A DNA stretch of 62,377 bases, the filler included, from Platydemus manokwari (lineage: Eukaryota): the NCBI GenBank assembly GCA_037951405.1. It is 6 parts of 6 records of this genome, joined end to end, with 100 filler letters (N's around TTAATTAATTAA, not from the genome) between each part and the next. Parts side by side here need not be neighbours in the genome. Positions count along the whole stretch, not along the records: positions 20,035 to 30,246 come from JBBMOY011157882.1; positions 30,347 to 42,678 come from JBBMOY010185562.1; 4 more parts are not named here. One strand, written 5' to 3'. The notes below the pieces were generated by a model, which saw only the letters and a list, made by a program, of their open reading frames with translations, searched no databases and was not told the origin of the DNA. Positions 24,301 to 38,206 of this stretch are shown piece after piece. Numbering within the stretch: the first letter of the stretch is position 1; each line of letters begins with the position of its first letter. Both the position numbers and the translations under genes were made by a program.

Positions 24301-27300
24301 ACATTACAGATTGTGAATGTTATGCTAGAAACTCACCTTTTTCTTTTAATCTCTGTCCAGATCCCAAAATGCTTTGAAGTCTTTCGGCATTTGCAGCAAG
24401 TTCAGCTTCAAATGCTTGATGCTTTTGATGTTTTGCTTGGATATTCGTTGTAGGATCTTTGTAAGATTCGTCAAGTGTATTTTGCAATTTTTCATTAATC
24501 CATATTTCCATTTCATCAGCATCTCTAATAAATGCTTGTAATGTTTGAACGTCACCCAATCGACTTCTATTGGCAATCATGTTTTCTTTAAGACTACCCC
24601 AGCGCTTCAAAACTTCATTGCATTTTTCTTTGATACCATCTTTATCATAATGTTCATGTTCAACAAGCTGGTCAGCAAATTCTTTAAGAGCTTGCATTTT
24701 ATCTTCTTGCATGTTTATTGCCCGATTAAAATCTTCGTGCTTTTTAATTAAAGAATCAACAGTTTTATCATCAACATCTTCTCCCAACAAAGAAGATTCT
24801 CTGATTGTCATCCAATCTTCTGCTTGTTCACAATCACGTAAATAAAGCTGTAATTCTAAACATTGATCTAGTTGCTTTTTGCGATTCAACCACTCACTAA
24901 AAATAAATATATTGTAATGAAACAACAACTATAATAATCACTCATTTAGCTGTTCTTTTGCATCTGCTATGCTTTGCAATTTATCTTTTATCTCATCTTC
25001 AGCATAGTGACCAGTTTTTAATAATTCTTTACCGAAATCTTCGAAATTTTGAAAAGTTCCTGATCTAGCATCGATTTCTGCTTGATGTTCCTACATAAAA
25101 ACGATACCATTATTTTTCGATTATCTAAGAATACTGAAGTGTCGAAGTTAAGACTATTCTCAAGTTTACGACATGCTAGATACAAGTTAATTTTTAAAAC
25201 ATTTTAAAATTTCCTTTATAGAGGTACATTCAAAACAAAGACAATATAACAACAACATGCCATTCTTTGATACCTCGCCAATAGGCTCTTGACCTATGCC
25301 GAAATCACCGGTTCGATTACCAATCTCAACCGCTAAATCCTTAATTGACCGTTAATTAAAATAAAATAATAGTAACTTTAGTTGTTATTAACTAAAAATA
25401 ATAAAATTGTAGGTGTTCATCATGATAAAATAAAATATTCACTAAATGTAAAACTTATTAAATACATCGAGTGAATCAAAATAAGAAAAATTCTACTGGA
25501 TTATTAGCAAAATTAATGTGCTTTCTATTATAAAATATTATATGTTATTAAATACCCTATGCCGTTCTAGAAGAGCTTCAGCACCAGTTACATCTTTAGC
25601 CAATTCATCAGAGGACACTAATGCATTCATTGTATTAATCCATGACATTAAATCTCTATATTAAACATGAGTAATCGAATAAAGAAAATTTAAGAATACC
25701 TGTAGTCAGCCAAGAACTTTTGCAAATCAATTGAATTAAATAACTTTCCTTTATAATCTTCAGCCTTTTTCGTTAATGAATTCCACATCTCATTTATTTC
25801 TTCTTGATGCTGACAAATACCTTCAGCTTCATTTGGATGAGTTTGCACTAATTCAGCAGCTTTCGAGTCGAGTAACTTAACTCTTTCTCCTAGGGCAACT
25901 AGATCTCTTTCGAGAGCATCGTGTTTTCTAAATAGTCTTTGAACCGAAGTAAGATCTTTTCCGACATCATTTGTATTGAGTCTGGCATCCTTTTCTTCAA
26001 TCCATTCCTTGGCCTCATCACATTCTCTATGATAACGTTGTACAGCATAACAGTCTTCTAGATCTTTAACTTTTCTTGTGGTAACCTCTTCTAATTGCTC
26101 ATATTTCTTCTGTAATTGTGTAATTATTCCCTCAATCTTTTCCACAGCTTCAGTCTGACCACTTCTTTTTAATTTATTAGCTTTATCTTTTAATTCTTTA
26201 ATTTTCTCCTCCTTTTCTTTCTGTTCATTGACAAATTCGTCAATTTTCTTCTTTTCACTCTGAACTGCTTCAAGGTGACCAGGAGTTATAACTTCTGTAA
26301 CTGCTACTAACTCTTTCTCAACTACCCATTGATGAAGATCATTAGCTTCTCTAACCAATTGATAAGCTTGAACAGAATCTTTTAATCGATCTCTTCTATC
26401 TCTACCAAGACTAAGCAAATTTTCATATTGATTTTCCAAACTTTTTTGTTGTGATGCAACAGTTATTTGTTCTGGAGCATTCGGATCAATATCAGACATC
26501 ATAGCATCCACTTTCTTTACATATGCAGCTGGTACATGGCCTTGGCGATCATTAATTTCAACTTTCCACCAATCTTTATGATTGCTATTTAGAAGAGTTA
26601 AAACATCACCCTTTCTCATAGACACTTCTCGTGGATTTTTTTCTTGGTAATCATACAACGCCATAACAGTTTCTTTCCCATAGCTATCACTAACAGGAGC
26701 CTCTTGCATTTTGCAAGAATCAGCTTGTCCTCTTAAAGCATCTATCGTAGACCGATATGCTTCGATATCAGCCATTAAGGCATCATGCTTCTTTAATAAT
26801 GCTTCGGTTGAATCTTCATCTTTACCAAATTCAGTGCTACCAACGAGCGGTTCTTTTTCACGCATCCAACTTTCAGCTTCACTAGCATCAGCTAAGTATT
26901 GCTGAGCTTCTAATGAATCATCTAAAAGTTGCCTTCTTTTATCAGCTTTATTTTTTAAGTCAGCCCAAATATTTTTCATATCATCAATTTTCTTCTCAAT
27001 ATCTCTATGAGCATAATGATCAGCATTAATCATTTTTTGTCCTTCATTACATACTTCAAGAATTCTAGGCTCGTGACCAGTTATTTCAGCTTGAATAGCT
27101 TGATGTTTCTTGATAAGATTTTGCACTCCAATAAGATCCCGACCAACGTTTGTCGATCCAGCAATAGGTTCTTTTTCGTGAATCCAATCTTCTTCATCGT
27201 CAGCATCTCTGTAAAATTGATGTAATTTATATGCATCATTAAGCTTATTTTTTCTTCGTTCGAGTGGTTCTTGTAACTTAGCGTATCTGTTACATACTTC

Positions 27301-29634
27301 GATTTGCTTTTTCTTAATTGTATCAGCATCAAAATGCTTTTCATCCACAAATTGATCAGCCTGTTGCAAAAATGAATCAATTCGATCTTGATGTGATGAA
27401 ATATCAGATTCCAGTAAGTTGTGCTTCTTCTGCAAGTTAGTAACACTATTCAAATCCTTCCCACAATCATCTGATCCTAACTGTGATTCGACTTCCGCTA
27501 ACCAAATTTCCATATCTTCAACATTTCTAATAAATTGCTGTTGTCCACTAGCTTGACTGAGATTCTTTTCTTTAACTTTTGAAGCTAAAACAAGATCATT
27601 CCATAACCTATCTAATTCTTCAATTCTTTCACGAATATCATCGGATTTATTATGATTTGAATCTAATAAACTTTTTCCACGATTTTTAACATCATCAATT
27701 CTACTTTCATTTGCAGCAATCTCTGCTAAAAAGTTTTGATGTTTCTGTACTTTTGATTGAAGATTAGTTGGTTCCTTATAATTTTCATCAGATGCTGTTT
27801 TCAATTTTTCAACGATCCATGCTTTGATTTCATCAGCATCACGATCAAATAGTTGGTAATTATGCGAATCATCTAAACTTCCTTTTCGCAATTTAGCACG
27901 TTCTTCCAAATTGGATTTTCTTATTAATAAGTCATTGCGTTTTTGGTTTACATCAGCTGCAGCATAATGTCCATTTTCAACTAATTTATTAGCAATATCA
28001 TCAAGTCTCTGTGTTTTCTCTTCTTGAGCTGCTAACGATTTCTCGAAATCTTCATGTTTTCTAATCAGAGCTTCGACTGAATCTAATGAATCCCCAACAT
28101 CATTATTTTCAAGAAATGCTTCCTGTTTAGCAATCCAGGCCTCTGCTTGCTCTGTGTCTCGGTAAAATAGCTGTAAGTCCATATTTTGCTCGTATAAAAC
28201 ACGACGTTCGTTCCATAATTGAAGTAAAATTATTCGTTCTTTATCTAGACGTTCAAGTTTGTTATGGATGTCTTCACTTTGAGGATGATTCATTTTAATT
28301 AGCTCTTCACCTTCATTTTTGCAACTTTTAAAGCTTTCGTCTCTGGAATCTATTTCACTTTTATGTTCACCATGTCTTTCCATTAGGGCTTCCACACCAG
28401 CAACATCTTTGGCCAATTCATCAGCAGATATCACAGCTTTCATATCGGTTAGCCAGGATAATAAATCTCTATAATCTGATAGGAATCTATGTAGTAGATA
28501 TGAAACATCAAGTTGTTCATTTCTTTTAATCGATTTTTCTTTTAAACTACGCCAGGCTGATAACAATGCGTCCTTTTTATCTTGAATTGTCTCTTTAGAA
28601 TCAGGATGCTTGTCTGACAATTCATCAGCATCTTTAGACAGCTGATTTACTTTTTCTTCCAATGCAATCAAATCTCTGTCCAGTCCTTCATGTTTTCGTT
28701 TAAGAGCTTGAACAGAAGCGAGATCTCGCCCAAAATCTTCGCTTGACAAAGGAATTGACTTTTCATTGACCCATGAAATTGCTTTATCAGTATCACGGAA
28801 AAATTTTTGTATTTCGTGAGCTTCAAATAATTTTTGTTGGCGTTTTTTAGCCAATGCCTTTAATCTATCAAGTGCATCTTGTACGTCATTTTTCTTATTA
28901 ATAAGTGATTCTTGCTCTGGGAAATCTTCTTCTAATAAATGATCTGCTTTGGAATAAATTTCACTAGCCTTTTCTTCCTGATATTCTAAATCTTTCATAA
29001 ATTCATTAAATTTTTTTTGTAATGCTTCAACATGTTCTAAATCTTGACCAAATTCTTCAGATGTAACAAAAGTTTCTTTCTCTTTTACCCAAAATAATAT
29101 TTCATCAACTCTGCGCAAGAATTGAACATAATCTAATGTTAATTTTAAAAGTCTCGATTTTTCTTTAAACATATTAAGTAATTTATCCCATAATGCATGT
29201 AACTGATCTAACCGAGTTTGAATAATTTCAGAAGCATAATGATGATTTGAAATCATCTCATTTCCACTTTTATCAAGAGCATTAAGATTTTCAGATTGTG
29301 CAGCAATTTCTAATTCCAACGCTTGATGTTTTTGATTTTTGCTTTGAAGGTTGGTTAAATCTTTAAAATTTTCGTCTGAATATGTTTGTATCTTTTCTAG
29401 AATCCAACTTTCTAATTCATCAGCGTCTCGTTTAAAATACTGATATCTATATAAAATATTAACAAAGTAAAAATCATAGTAATATAACCTTTTAGCATCC
29501 TCTAATTTCTTTCTCCTTTCTTCGGTTGCTTCCTTGAAGGCAGAATAACGATTCAAGACTTGCTCTCTTCTTTCTTGAATGTCTTCTGGCGTTTCTAATA
29601 TTTTAATTTCCTTTGGTATGGTAATATCAGCCAT
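21344..29634 (-). CDS. SPTAN1: Alpha-spectrin, complete; exons 29634-29489, 29446-25700, 25655-25556, 25090-24942, 24896-24337, 24177-23273, 23229-22996, 22952-22464, 22419-22060, 21953-21522, 21469-21344
   Basis: N-terminus [19 protein letters not shown], tandem spectrin repeats, central SH3 ([19 protein letters not shown]...[11 protein letters not shown]), C-terminal EF-hands ([28 protein letters not shown]). Ten GT-AG introns give 7248 nt = 2415 aa plus TAG. Confidence 0.97.
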
Positions 29635-30246
29635 CTATAAGTATGCGAAAATGAATTAGAAATGACTTATAAATATAATTGAAGTAAGTATACACACCCA
29701 ATTGTTTACTTGTAATATTTAATGAAAACTATAGAAAGTGAAATTTATACAAGGAAATTAAACTGATTCGATTAAACAATCAAATTGGAATCCAATGAAA
29801 AAATTTACTTCGACACATTTTTCTTATTTACCCCCATACATGAAAATATTTCACTCTAAATTAATTAACTTATACTTAGTTATTGACAATTTAAATTTTT
29901 ATTAATTATATGTACTTTAAGTTATTTAATTTATTCGAAATTATATTTATTTATCAATGTTTAATTAGAAAATAGATGATAAATTTAACATGGTCAGTTA
30001 TGATTTCTGATTTACTAACAATGAAAAAGAAATCTTAAAGTTACAACCTGGAATTAGCTGTGCCCTTGATTATGAAAGTGGTATAAGTCATATTTTTCTT
30101 GTTTGGAGATATAAAAGGATTTGCATGTTAAAGAATTAAAAAATATTTGTGTATTATGAAATGAAATATTTTTGACAATTAATTAGCGCCGGTAAATCAG
30201 CATTTAATATGATTGTGAAATTTATTACCATTTTTAAATGGAAATT

Positions 30247-30346
30247 NNNNNNNNNNNNNNNNNNNNNNNNNNNNNNNNNNNNNNNNNNNNTTAATTAATT
30301 AANNNNNNNNNNNNNNNNNNNNNNNNNNNNNNNNNNNNNNNNNNNN
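30247..30346. other. Artificial contig-join spacer
   Basis: N44-TTAATTAATTAA-N44. Confidence 0.95.
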
Positions 30347-33300
30347 ATGTAAGTAGGTGCTCAGGAATTGTTAATTATTGTGAAATGGAATATCATCCTT
30401 TCATCTGTATAATCTTTATTATCAAGAAAAATGTCAAGTTAAATTCTGAAATCTTTTTTTCATAATTTTAACTTTTTATCGATTTTTTCAAAAACAAATT
30501 ATGTTTACAATCACCATACGTGAAAAATATTTCCCGCGTTATAGAATTTATGCGAATAAATAAGAATAAATCAAATATAAAATTCACATTTCGAGGGTTC
30601 CAATTATTAATGCTCTTGGATTTTAGATATGAGCTATTCATAAAATACAGATTATCACAACAATGATTTTTAGACACTATATATTTTTGCAGGTTTAAAA
30701 TTGAGAGAATGAACTAGGGAATTCTGTTTTCATTGGTTAATATCTAAAACGTTTCATTTTATTCGCACGAGTCTATTCTGTGTACAAATCTACATTGAAA
30801 GAGTAGTTGTAGTCATCTTGAAGTATTTCATTGATTTTGTCGATCTTATGATTTATTATTTAGATATTATATTTTAAACAAGATTTCAAACCATTACAAG
30901 AATAACAGAAACTCTCTATCAAATCATAAAAGGAAAGCGTATTTGTTTGAATACATTTCTCATTTGATTATGTTTCATAAAAAGACTGAGTTGTATTTCA
31001 TTCCTAACGACTTCTATGTCACGTTTATTTATCTGATAAGAATTCCCCTATTGATACCTAACGAATTGTTTTTTATAAGTTAATTAGATTAAATTTTGAG
31101 TTACCATAGCGACGGATATTCACTTCTTTTTTCGATTGAGTAAATAAAGATTTTCTCGAATACGTTAATTATTCTGATTTGACAAAGTTTCTTCGTGAAA
31201 TTTTATCATTGTCAGAACAATTTGAATTCATCAGGAGCTTTTTCCTAATGAAATGCAATGAAATTTAATGCTTGAATAGCTTGTAACAATATTATTATCG
31301 ATCTTTAATTTCAACAATTTGAACTGAAATGATTAAAATATAAGATATACGTATAAGTGGTTGGGTACTTGTGATGAATTGCCATTGTCAAATATTATGA
31401 AAACCAACAATCTCCTAATAGTAGACAGGTATACTTGCGTGCGCGTGTGTGTTTGTATATTGATGTAATCAATTATTTATTGATTAATAAATTTTACTGC
31501 TGTCTGATATAACCAACATGAATTGAGATAAAGTTACATAATAAGAATTCCATCTTTCATCTCTTTAGGTTTCAATAAACAATTTTTTATCGTTGTCATT
31601 TCCATGCAGTATTTTTCCTTTTTTTCGTGCCATGGCAATGTTATCAAAAAAAATTGACCGGAAAATTAGGATATCTATTTAAAGGTTGGAACTCAAAATT
31701 GTATATCTACGCCATTTCAAATAATGATTTCAGTAAAGTTTAAAATTAATTTATAAAATCTATTACTTTTAGTTTAATAAATTATCGTAAAATCTGGCGC
31801 ATTACTGGCACTAAATATGCCAATATTCCTGCTTAACGAATATTAGACTACATTAATCAAGAAGAACATTTCACAAAATTCCTCGCCGATCCTTAATGAG
31901 TTATCGATCTTCCAAAATTAATACAAATATCACCTGCTAATATTTTCTTAAATACGAATCAGAAACAACTCTGAGAAAGTCAATCCATAAACATTATTTA
32001 TTAAAACTCTAAAATCCTCACAACAAATAAATCAAATAGATGCATCCATCATATCAGAGATTATATTGAGGTATCGAATAAACCATTCAGTCTTGCACTT
32101 TGATCAATACGGGTCAATTCGAATTTGGAACTCGATCCAATCAAATCAAAATCAAACGAATTCATTGAGTAGTCAAATATTTTAGTACAAATTAGATTTG
32201 TGCTATTGTTGTCGAAAAACATAACTTCTAGGAGCTGTAGATTACTAAACACTAGTCTTCTTCTATACAAAAATCAAAACAATAGATGATTATCAATGAT
32301 TCTCGTATGCTATAAATACTTGAATTCCTTCTATTATTCAAGCAAATAAACGAGATGATTGACATCGATTTTTTGGAACTGTTCTATGAAATCGATTCCA
32401 ACAATAATGGTGAGTGAAAATTCAATGGAATCATTAATGAAATCATGGTAAATAATTTTAGGAGTCATAAGTAAATCAGAGTTGAGACATTTTCTCGAAT
32501 GTCGGGATGTTTCAAATGAAGAATTAGAAGTGAGTTGAATGTATGTCTTGGATATACCAGTGATTATTGAAGAATTAATTTAGGAGTTTGTTCAAGCTTT
32601 TGAACAACATGATGATATTGAATTCAGTACGTTCTGTGCTATTCTCAATAAAGATGAAAATGAACAGTAAGCATGATTAAATCTACTCGAAAACTCATTT
32701 AAAAATCGAATAGACCATTTCCTTCGGAACTCAGTCCGGAATTCGAAATAATTAAAACAAAGATCACAGATTTTCATAAACAGTGGAAAATAACGAACAT
32801 TATTAGACGGGCTTTTGCAGATGCTATAAATAAAAAAGTGATTTTTGTATCTAGAATCACTTTTGTAATTATGAAATGATTCAGGATCTAGCTGGAATAA
32901 TTAAAAAAAGCTTAGATAAACAATTGGGTAGATATTGGCATTGCTTCATTTCTACTGGACAGTATTCCGCATTTTACACTTGCGTAGAGGAATCGAGCAT
33001 TGTCGTAAAATTTGAGAATTTAGTGTTCATTTTATTCAGAACTCTGACAAATTAAGATGTTTCAACATTGATTTTTGTTGATCATTATTGATTATTAAAT
33101 GATCTTTGACTTTAATTTTTAGACTTATATAATCTTTTATAACTTTGGCATAAAAAGTAAAAACAATTCAGAAATTATTAGCTATTTAATTTTAATAAGA
33201 ATAAAATCTAAAATAACAAGTTTTATAATAATAACAATAAATTATTATAATAAATATTATATATAATAATTATAATAAAGATAATAACAATAATGTATTC

Positions 33301-34415
33301 GATAATAACATGATAAAAATGGTAATAATAGTCAATCTTCATCACAAAAATAACAAATATAATCATAAATATTATGATAATGACAATAGATTGTCATAGC
33401 CATAATGATAATAACCTTAATAATAATGACAATAAAGTAGTATGCTGTTGATGATTCATAATAATAATGTTATATAAATATTAAAGCAACTCTTGATCGT
33501 TATCTGTTTTCACAATTCGACAACAAAACTATCATTGCCTCTTAAACCAGCAACTGGATTGATATGGAATAGGCATTTAGTCCGTATTTAGACTAGATAT
33601 GTGGTGTACTATTTAATTTTACTTCACTTTTTTGGAAATTCAATTCTACAGGCTTTTTCATTGATGTTTTTTTAAAAAATTTGAAGTCTTTTAATTGTTG
33701 CTAATAAATTTAGGTTCGTGTATATTTTTTATCATGGATATTTGTAATCCGAATTGTTTATGATTTGATAATGTGTACGTGTATGATTGTACATGTATGT
33801 CTGTGTTACTTCATAAATATCTGGTTTTTAAAATTACAATGTAATTACTTGCGATCCATTTGCTTCATATCAATCTATTATTTTTATTAATTGTAAAATG
33901 ATTATAAGGCAATGAAGGATAAGCCAAATAATTAATATTATCACGATTATTGGTCAAGATACCAACTGTTTCATTAGCTTGTTAAAAAAATAACAAAATA
34001 ATTACAAGAAACCATTCAAAAGATTTAAAAAAGGATAATTTACTCGTGGCATGATTATGGGTTCCGAGTAAGCCGATAAATCAATTATTAAGCCGAAATA
34101 TTAAATGATCACGAATAAATCATCTTTAGTTTACAGGCTTTTACCTGAACACATAATAATGTTGTATATTTAAAACCATTGTGTAACTCAGGACCTATCT
34201 TCATAATAATAATAATCCTTTAACGAACCCTATTGGAAAGAGACAAATCTCAAGAAATAAAGCTGAAATATATTAATTTGTTAAAAACGCTAAAAAATAA
34301 GTGCTAAAATAATAATGGATAATAAAAAATATTCATCATCAACGTCTAATCTAAGCGACGAATTACAAAGAGAAATCTCCACTTCATAAAATGACTAGCA
34401 TCACTCAGAAAAGCA

Positions 34416-35635
34416 TCACTCAGGAGATGATGTTAAAGAATCATATTCCATTGGATAATAAAATCCATTTAATGATGAAAAATCATGCCAATCTCCGATT
34501 TCACTGGCAATAGCTGTGGCATGGTCTAATTTGCCGGGGTGGAGATTAGTTAATAATGAAGATATTGCCGGCTTTTTCTGCTTGAAGCTTGGAACGTAAT
34601 GTGATTGATTATCGAGACCACGATTAGCTGAAAGTAAAAGATTTTCAGGAAATAGTGATAAACTTGGAGGAACTGGAGGAGGTGTGGATTTTGGCAAATG
34701 ACCATAAAGAGTATTGTCGAGGCTCTTTTGATGCCGTAATTTCACTGTCTGCCTGGCATTCTCATGATCTGGTCCGGCAGTGGAATGACTTTTTGCGTAC
34801 AGTTTTCTGCGAGATTTCGTGAAGTTGGCATCACTAATATCATTGGAATTTTGTTCTTCAGTGCCCTTGACGAATTGTTTTTCCAAGAATTTTCTTTTTT
34901 GAGATGTCACCTGAAAGACTTCAAACATAAGACCTTGACATAATTCGTGAGAACTTGGATTAGAATAAATATTCGATTTATTTGGCGTTCCATTAGAGTT
35001 GAAATCAGTGTTAAATTTAAGTTCCACATCATGCCAAACTCGTTCAATTTGTTTCATTGCATAATGCTGTCGTTCTTCGGGAAGTAATTCCATTAAGCCT
35101 GTGAAGTTGATCTCAACAGCGCTACAGCTAATATTATCTTTTGAGCATGTGCAGATACATTTCCCATTTGTCTGGTCACAACCATTCGTGCAATTATCAA
35201 TGTATGGAAATACATCACTGACTGGCATTGCAACCTTATTAACAACGGGATCAAAATTGTCGGTTACACCATCACTACTAAGTAATACAATGTCACCAGG
35301 ATCACATAATGTCAAAGAAAATGTCAAATTATTCAATTCTGGACTATTGTCACTATAAACCTTCCCTAAAGCACCTCCAGTGTCTCTCAAATCCCTAGCA
35401 ATTGATGAGTTATGACTACCGATCGTAATTTCCCGAATTCCATAATATCTTGTCAACAGAAAGGCTAATGAATCACCGATGTTTAATGTGCAAATCGCAT
35501 AATGGTTGGCTTTCAATCGACCTTTTTCGTCAGAAGCTAATGGTAAAACAACCGCCGCACAAAGAGTGGTTAAGCCAGGAGTTTCTGATGAAATAATCAA
35601 TGACTGAGCGGCTTCAAATGATTCTAATAACCACT
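34416..35635 (-). CDS. PP2C-like domain-containing protein (Drosophila CG9801-type), long terminal exon; 5' part lost in the gap
   Basis: Open from the gap edge: WLLESFEAAQSLI...LTTLCAAVV...NIGDSLAF...IREITIGSH...RD.RD.GGALG.V...PEL.NLT...GDIV.L.SDGV.DNFDP...GKLDHATA. These are PP2C metal-binding motifs (GDS, SDG, DH). Confidence 0.85.
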
Positions 35636-35806
35636 NNNNNNNNNNNNNNNNNNNNNNNNNNNNNNNNNNNNNNNNNNNNNNNNNNNNNNNNNNNNNNNNN
35701 NNNNNNNNNNNNNNNNNNNNNNNNNNNNNNNNNNNNNNNNNNNNNNNNNNNNNNNNNNNNNNNNNNNNNNNNNNNNNNNNNNNNNNNNNNNNNNNNNNNN
35801 NNNNNN
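35636..35806. other. Intra-scaffold sequence gap (171 N, no linker)
   Basis: Run of N. Confidence 0.95.
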
Positions 35807-36828
35807 TGTTTTCATATTTTAAGCAACATTTTTTAAAATTTTTGACAAAATAGAGCCTGTAAGATTTTATAATTATAATCCATTGATTGCACCTTATTCT
35901 CCAATTACCAATAAACAGAAAAAATCCCAGAATTTATAACTTATCAATAAAATTATGGGATTTATGATTTCTGGTGTATAATTACCATTTTATCTAATCA
36001 GAAAAAAATCCGATCTTATTAAATTTCTTAACAGAGATGATCAAAATTCTAAATTTCGTCTTGATATTCGAAAACTCGAATATTTTCTTGTTCATAGTTT
36101 TTGAAAAAAATTCAAAGCAATTATCGTTGCATAAAATAATAATATGATTTCGTGGTTGTATTTTCAGTATCTAAACGAATATAATCGATTTTTGAATAGC
36201 CTGAATAAGCTTAAAGTAAGTGTGCAGAAAGATCTGGGTAAAAACCCAAGACAATGCACTATTTTGACCAAAATCAACTCACAGCATTTCAGAGTGATCT
36301 ACAAACAACAATAAGTCCTGGCCTATCAAAGGAGTTCCGCGGACTATGTAAGAACTTTGTTGAAATAATTGTTGAGATGATAAGATGTTCTGGAAAAAAA
36401 TACAAGGCATTTTTATTGACGAAAATTTAGGTTTTTACTTACGGAATGTTTGTTTCTATAAATTGAATACATACTTGCCAACTCCAATATGCAAACACAC
36501 AGAAAGACCAATCAAAATCACGATAAAGCAAAAAACTCATTTCAACGAAACAATTATTCGCATAAGTTAACAAACATAAAGACTAATAAATCACCATCTT
36601 CGAAAATCACAAATTCAAATTGAGACATTACATAAACGGATGAAGAATTAAAAACTAAGAAACTTGGAGAATCAAAAGATCGGTCTATAACAAAGGAACC
36701 CACTATGTTCTTTGTAGGATTGAACTTAGAGATAATATTGATTTCATAAATAATTATATAATTGATAAAATAAACTTTAATTATTATTTTACATTGTTTG
36801 ATTGGCAACTTTAATAACAAACCATGAC

Positions 36829-36829
36829 A

Positions 36830-36872
<43 letters not shown>
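36829..36872. repeat. Compound (CA)n(TA)n microsatellite
   Basis: Seen directly. Confidence 0.9.
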
Positions 36873-38206
36873 ATACTTATATCAGAGATATCTCTCGATT
36901 GTGAGCTAATATCTCTCAAAGTCTAAAACTCTGAAAAATACATTCTAAAAATTTAAAAGAAAACAGGAAGATATAATGATTTTTAATTTTAATTGAAGAG
37001 ATTGAGTGAACATATGTTAGATACATTGGGAACAGTTCTTGCAACTTCTTAGGAAATGATTTTTCAAAATTTTCATTTTCATAAAGATTTGTAATACAAG
37101 CATTTCAACAGTTGCTGACACACAATAAAACGCACACCCATAAATTACACACATTACATACATTTTGGAATTCTTTCAAAGGATTTTTCTATCCAGACAC
37201 GCGAAAGTAATGTATACACACCCAATCAAAATTAACCCACACAGTTAGGTAAATCGACATGTATTTTTGGAGAATAAATCGGAATTTTAATGATGAGAAT
37301 AATAAAATTCATCTGCTGGACATATAGAAAATACCTTATTTACCCCTTAAAAAGCAACATGCAGAAAATGATATCATCTCAGCAATCAAAGACATACACA
37401 TGATTTATATTTCCTGGAACGGTTTTATCATTTAGTAGTAAAAAAAATTGATTTACATAAATAATCTTCATTATAATTATACTATCACATTACAATGCAG
37501 TGCATCTAATCATAACCGAATAATATATATTTGTTTTTTATTTATATTTGAGATAACATAGCATTAAAAATAGCAATTATGCTGCACCAGTAGTTTCTGC
37601 CTCACAGCTATTATTATATCTTAAAATTTAATGGATTCTGCTTCAATATTTGTTATGAAACTAAAATGGAATTACAATGGAAACTCGTGGTCATAAATAA
37701 TAGGCAATATGAGTAAAATGTCACTTCAAATAGTCAAATCAGTAAACCCACATCAACTTTACGCTTCCCATCACAGGACAATATTCGACAGCAGGTTATA
37801 TAATTCATGATATTAACAAAAACTATTTTAGAGAGATTTAATTGGTGGATAATAAATAATTACAAATAAATAAATCACTCTTCATATATCTGATTTCATA
37901 TTTGCATGGTCAGATAAATCATGCGTGTTAATGCCAATCCCAATATTCAAAATAATTTCCATCAAATGCAACTGACGAATTAACTTCATCATAAACCCAG
38001 AAAATAAGTTTCCAAGGTAACGAAATAAAGCAATATCTAATTAAAATAATTTTTTCAATTTATATAATCATTCTGGAACTGTAAAAGCCACTGAATATTC
38101 TAATTTATCTAATCGATATTCTCCTAATCGTGAATTTATATTTCTAGCTTATATTAAATCGGATATATCGAAACAGTAAAAATTTCTATAATTTTATTAA
38201 AAATAA

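Noticed and set aside
22200-27225. Plus-strand ORFs overlapping spectrin, and antisense ORFs over Gypsy, the PP2C-like gene and SPATA7
   Set aside because: Shadow ORFs of real coding sequence on the opposite strand.
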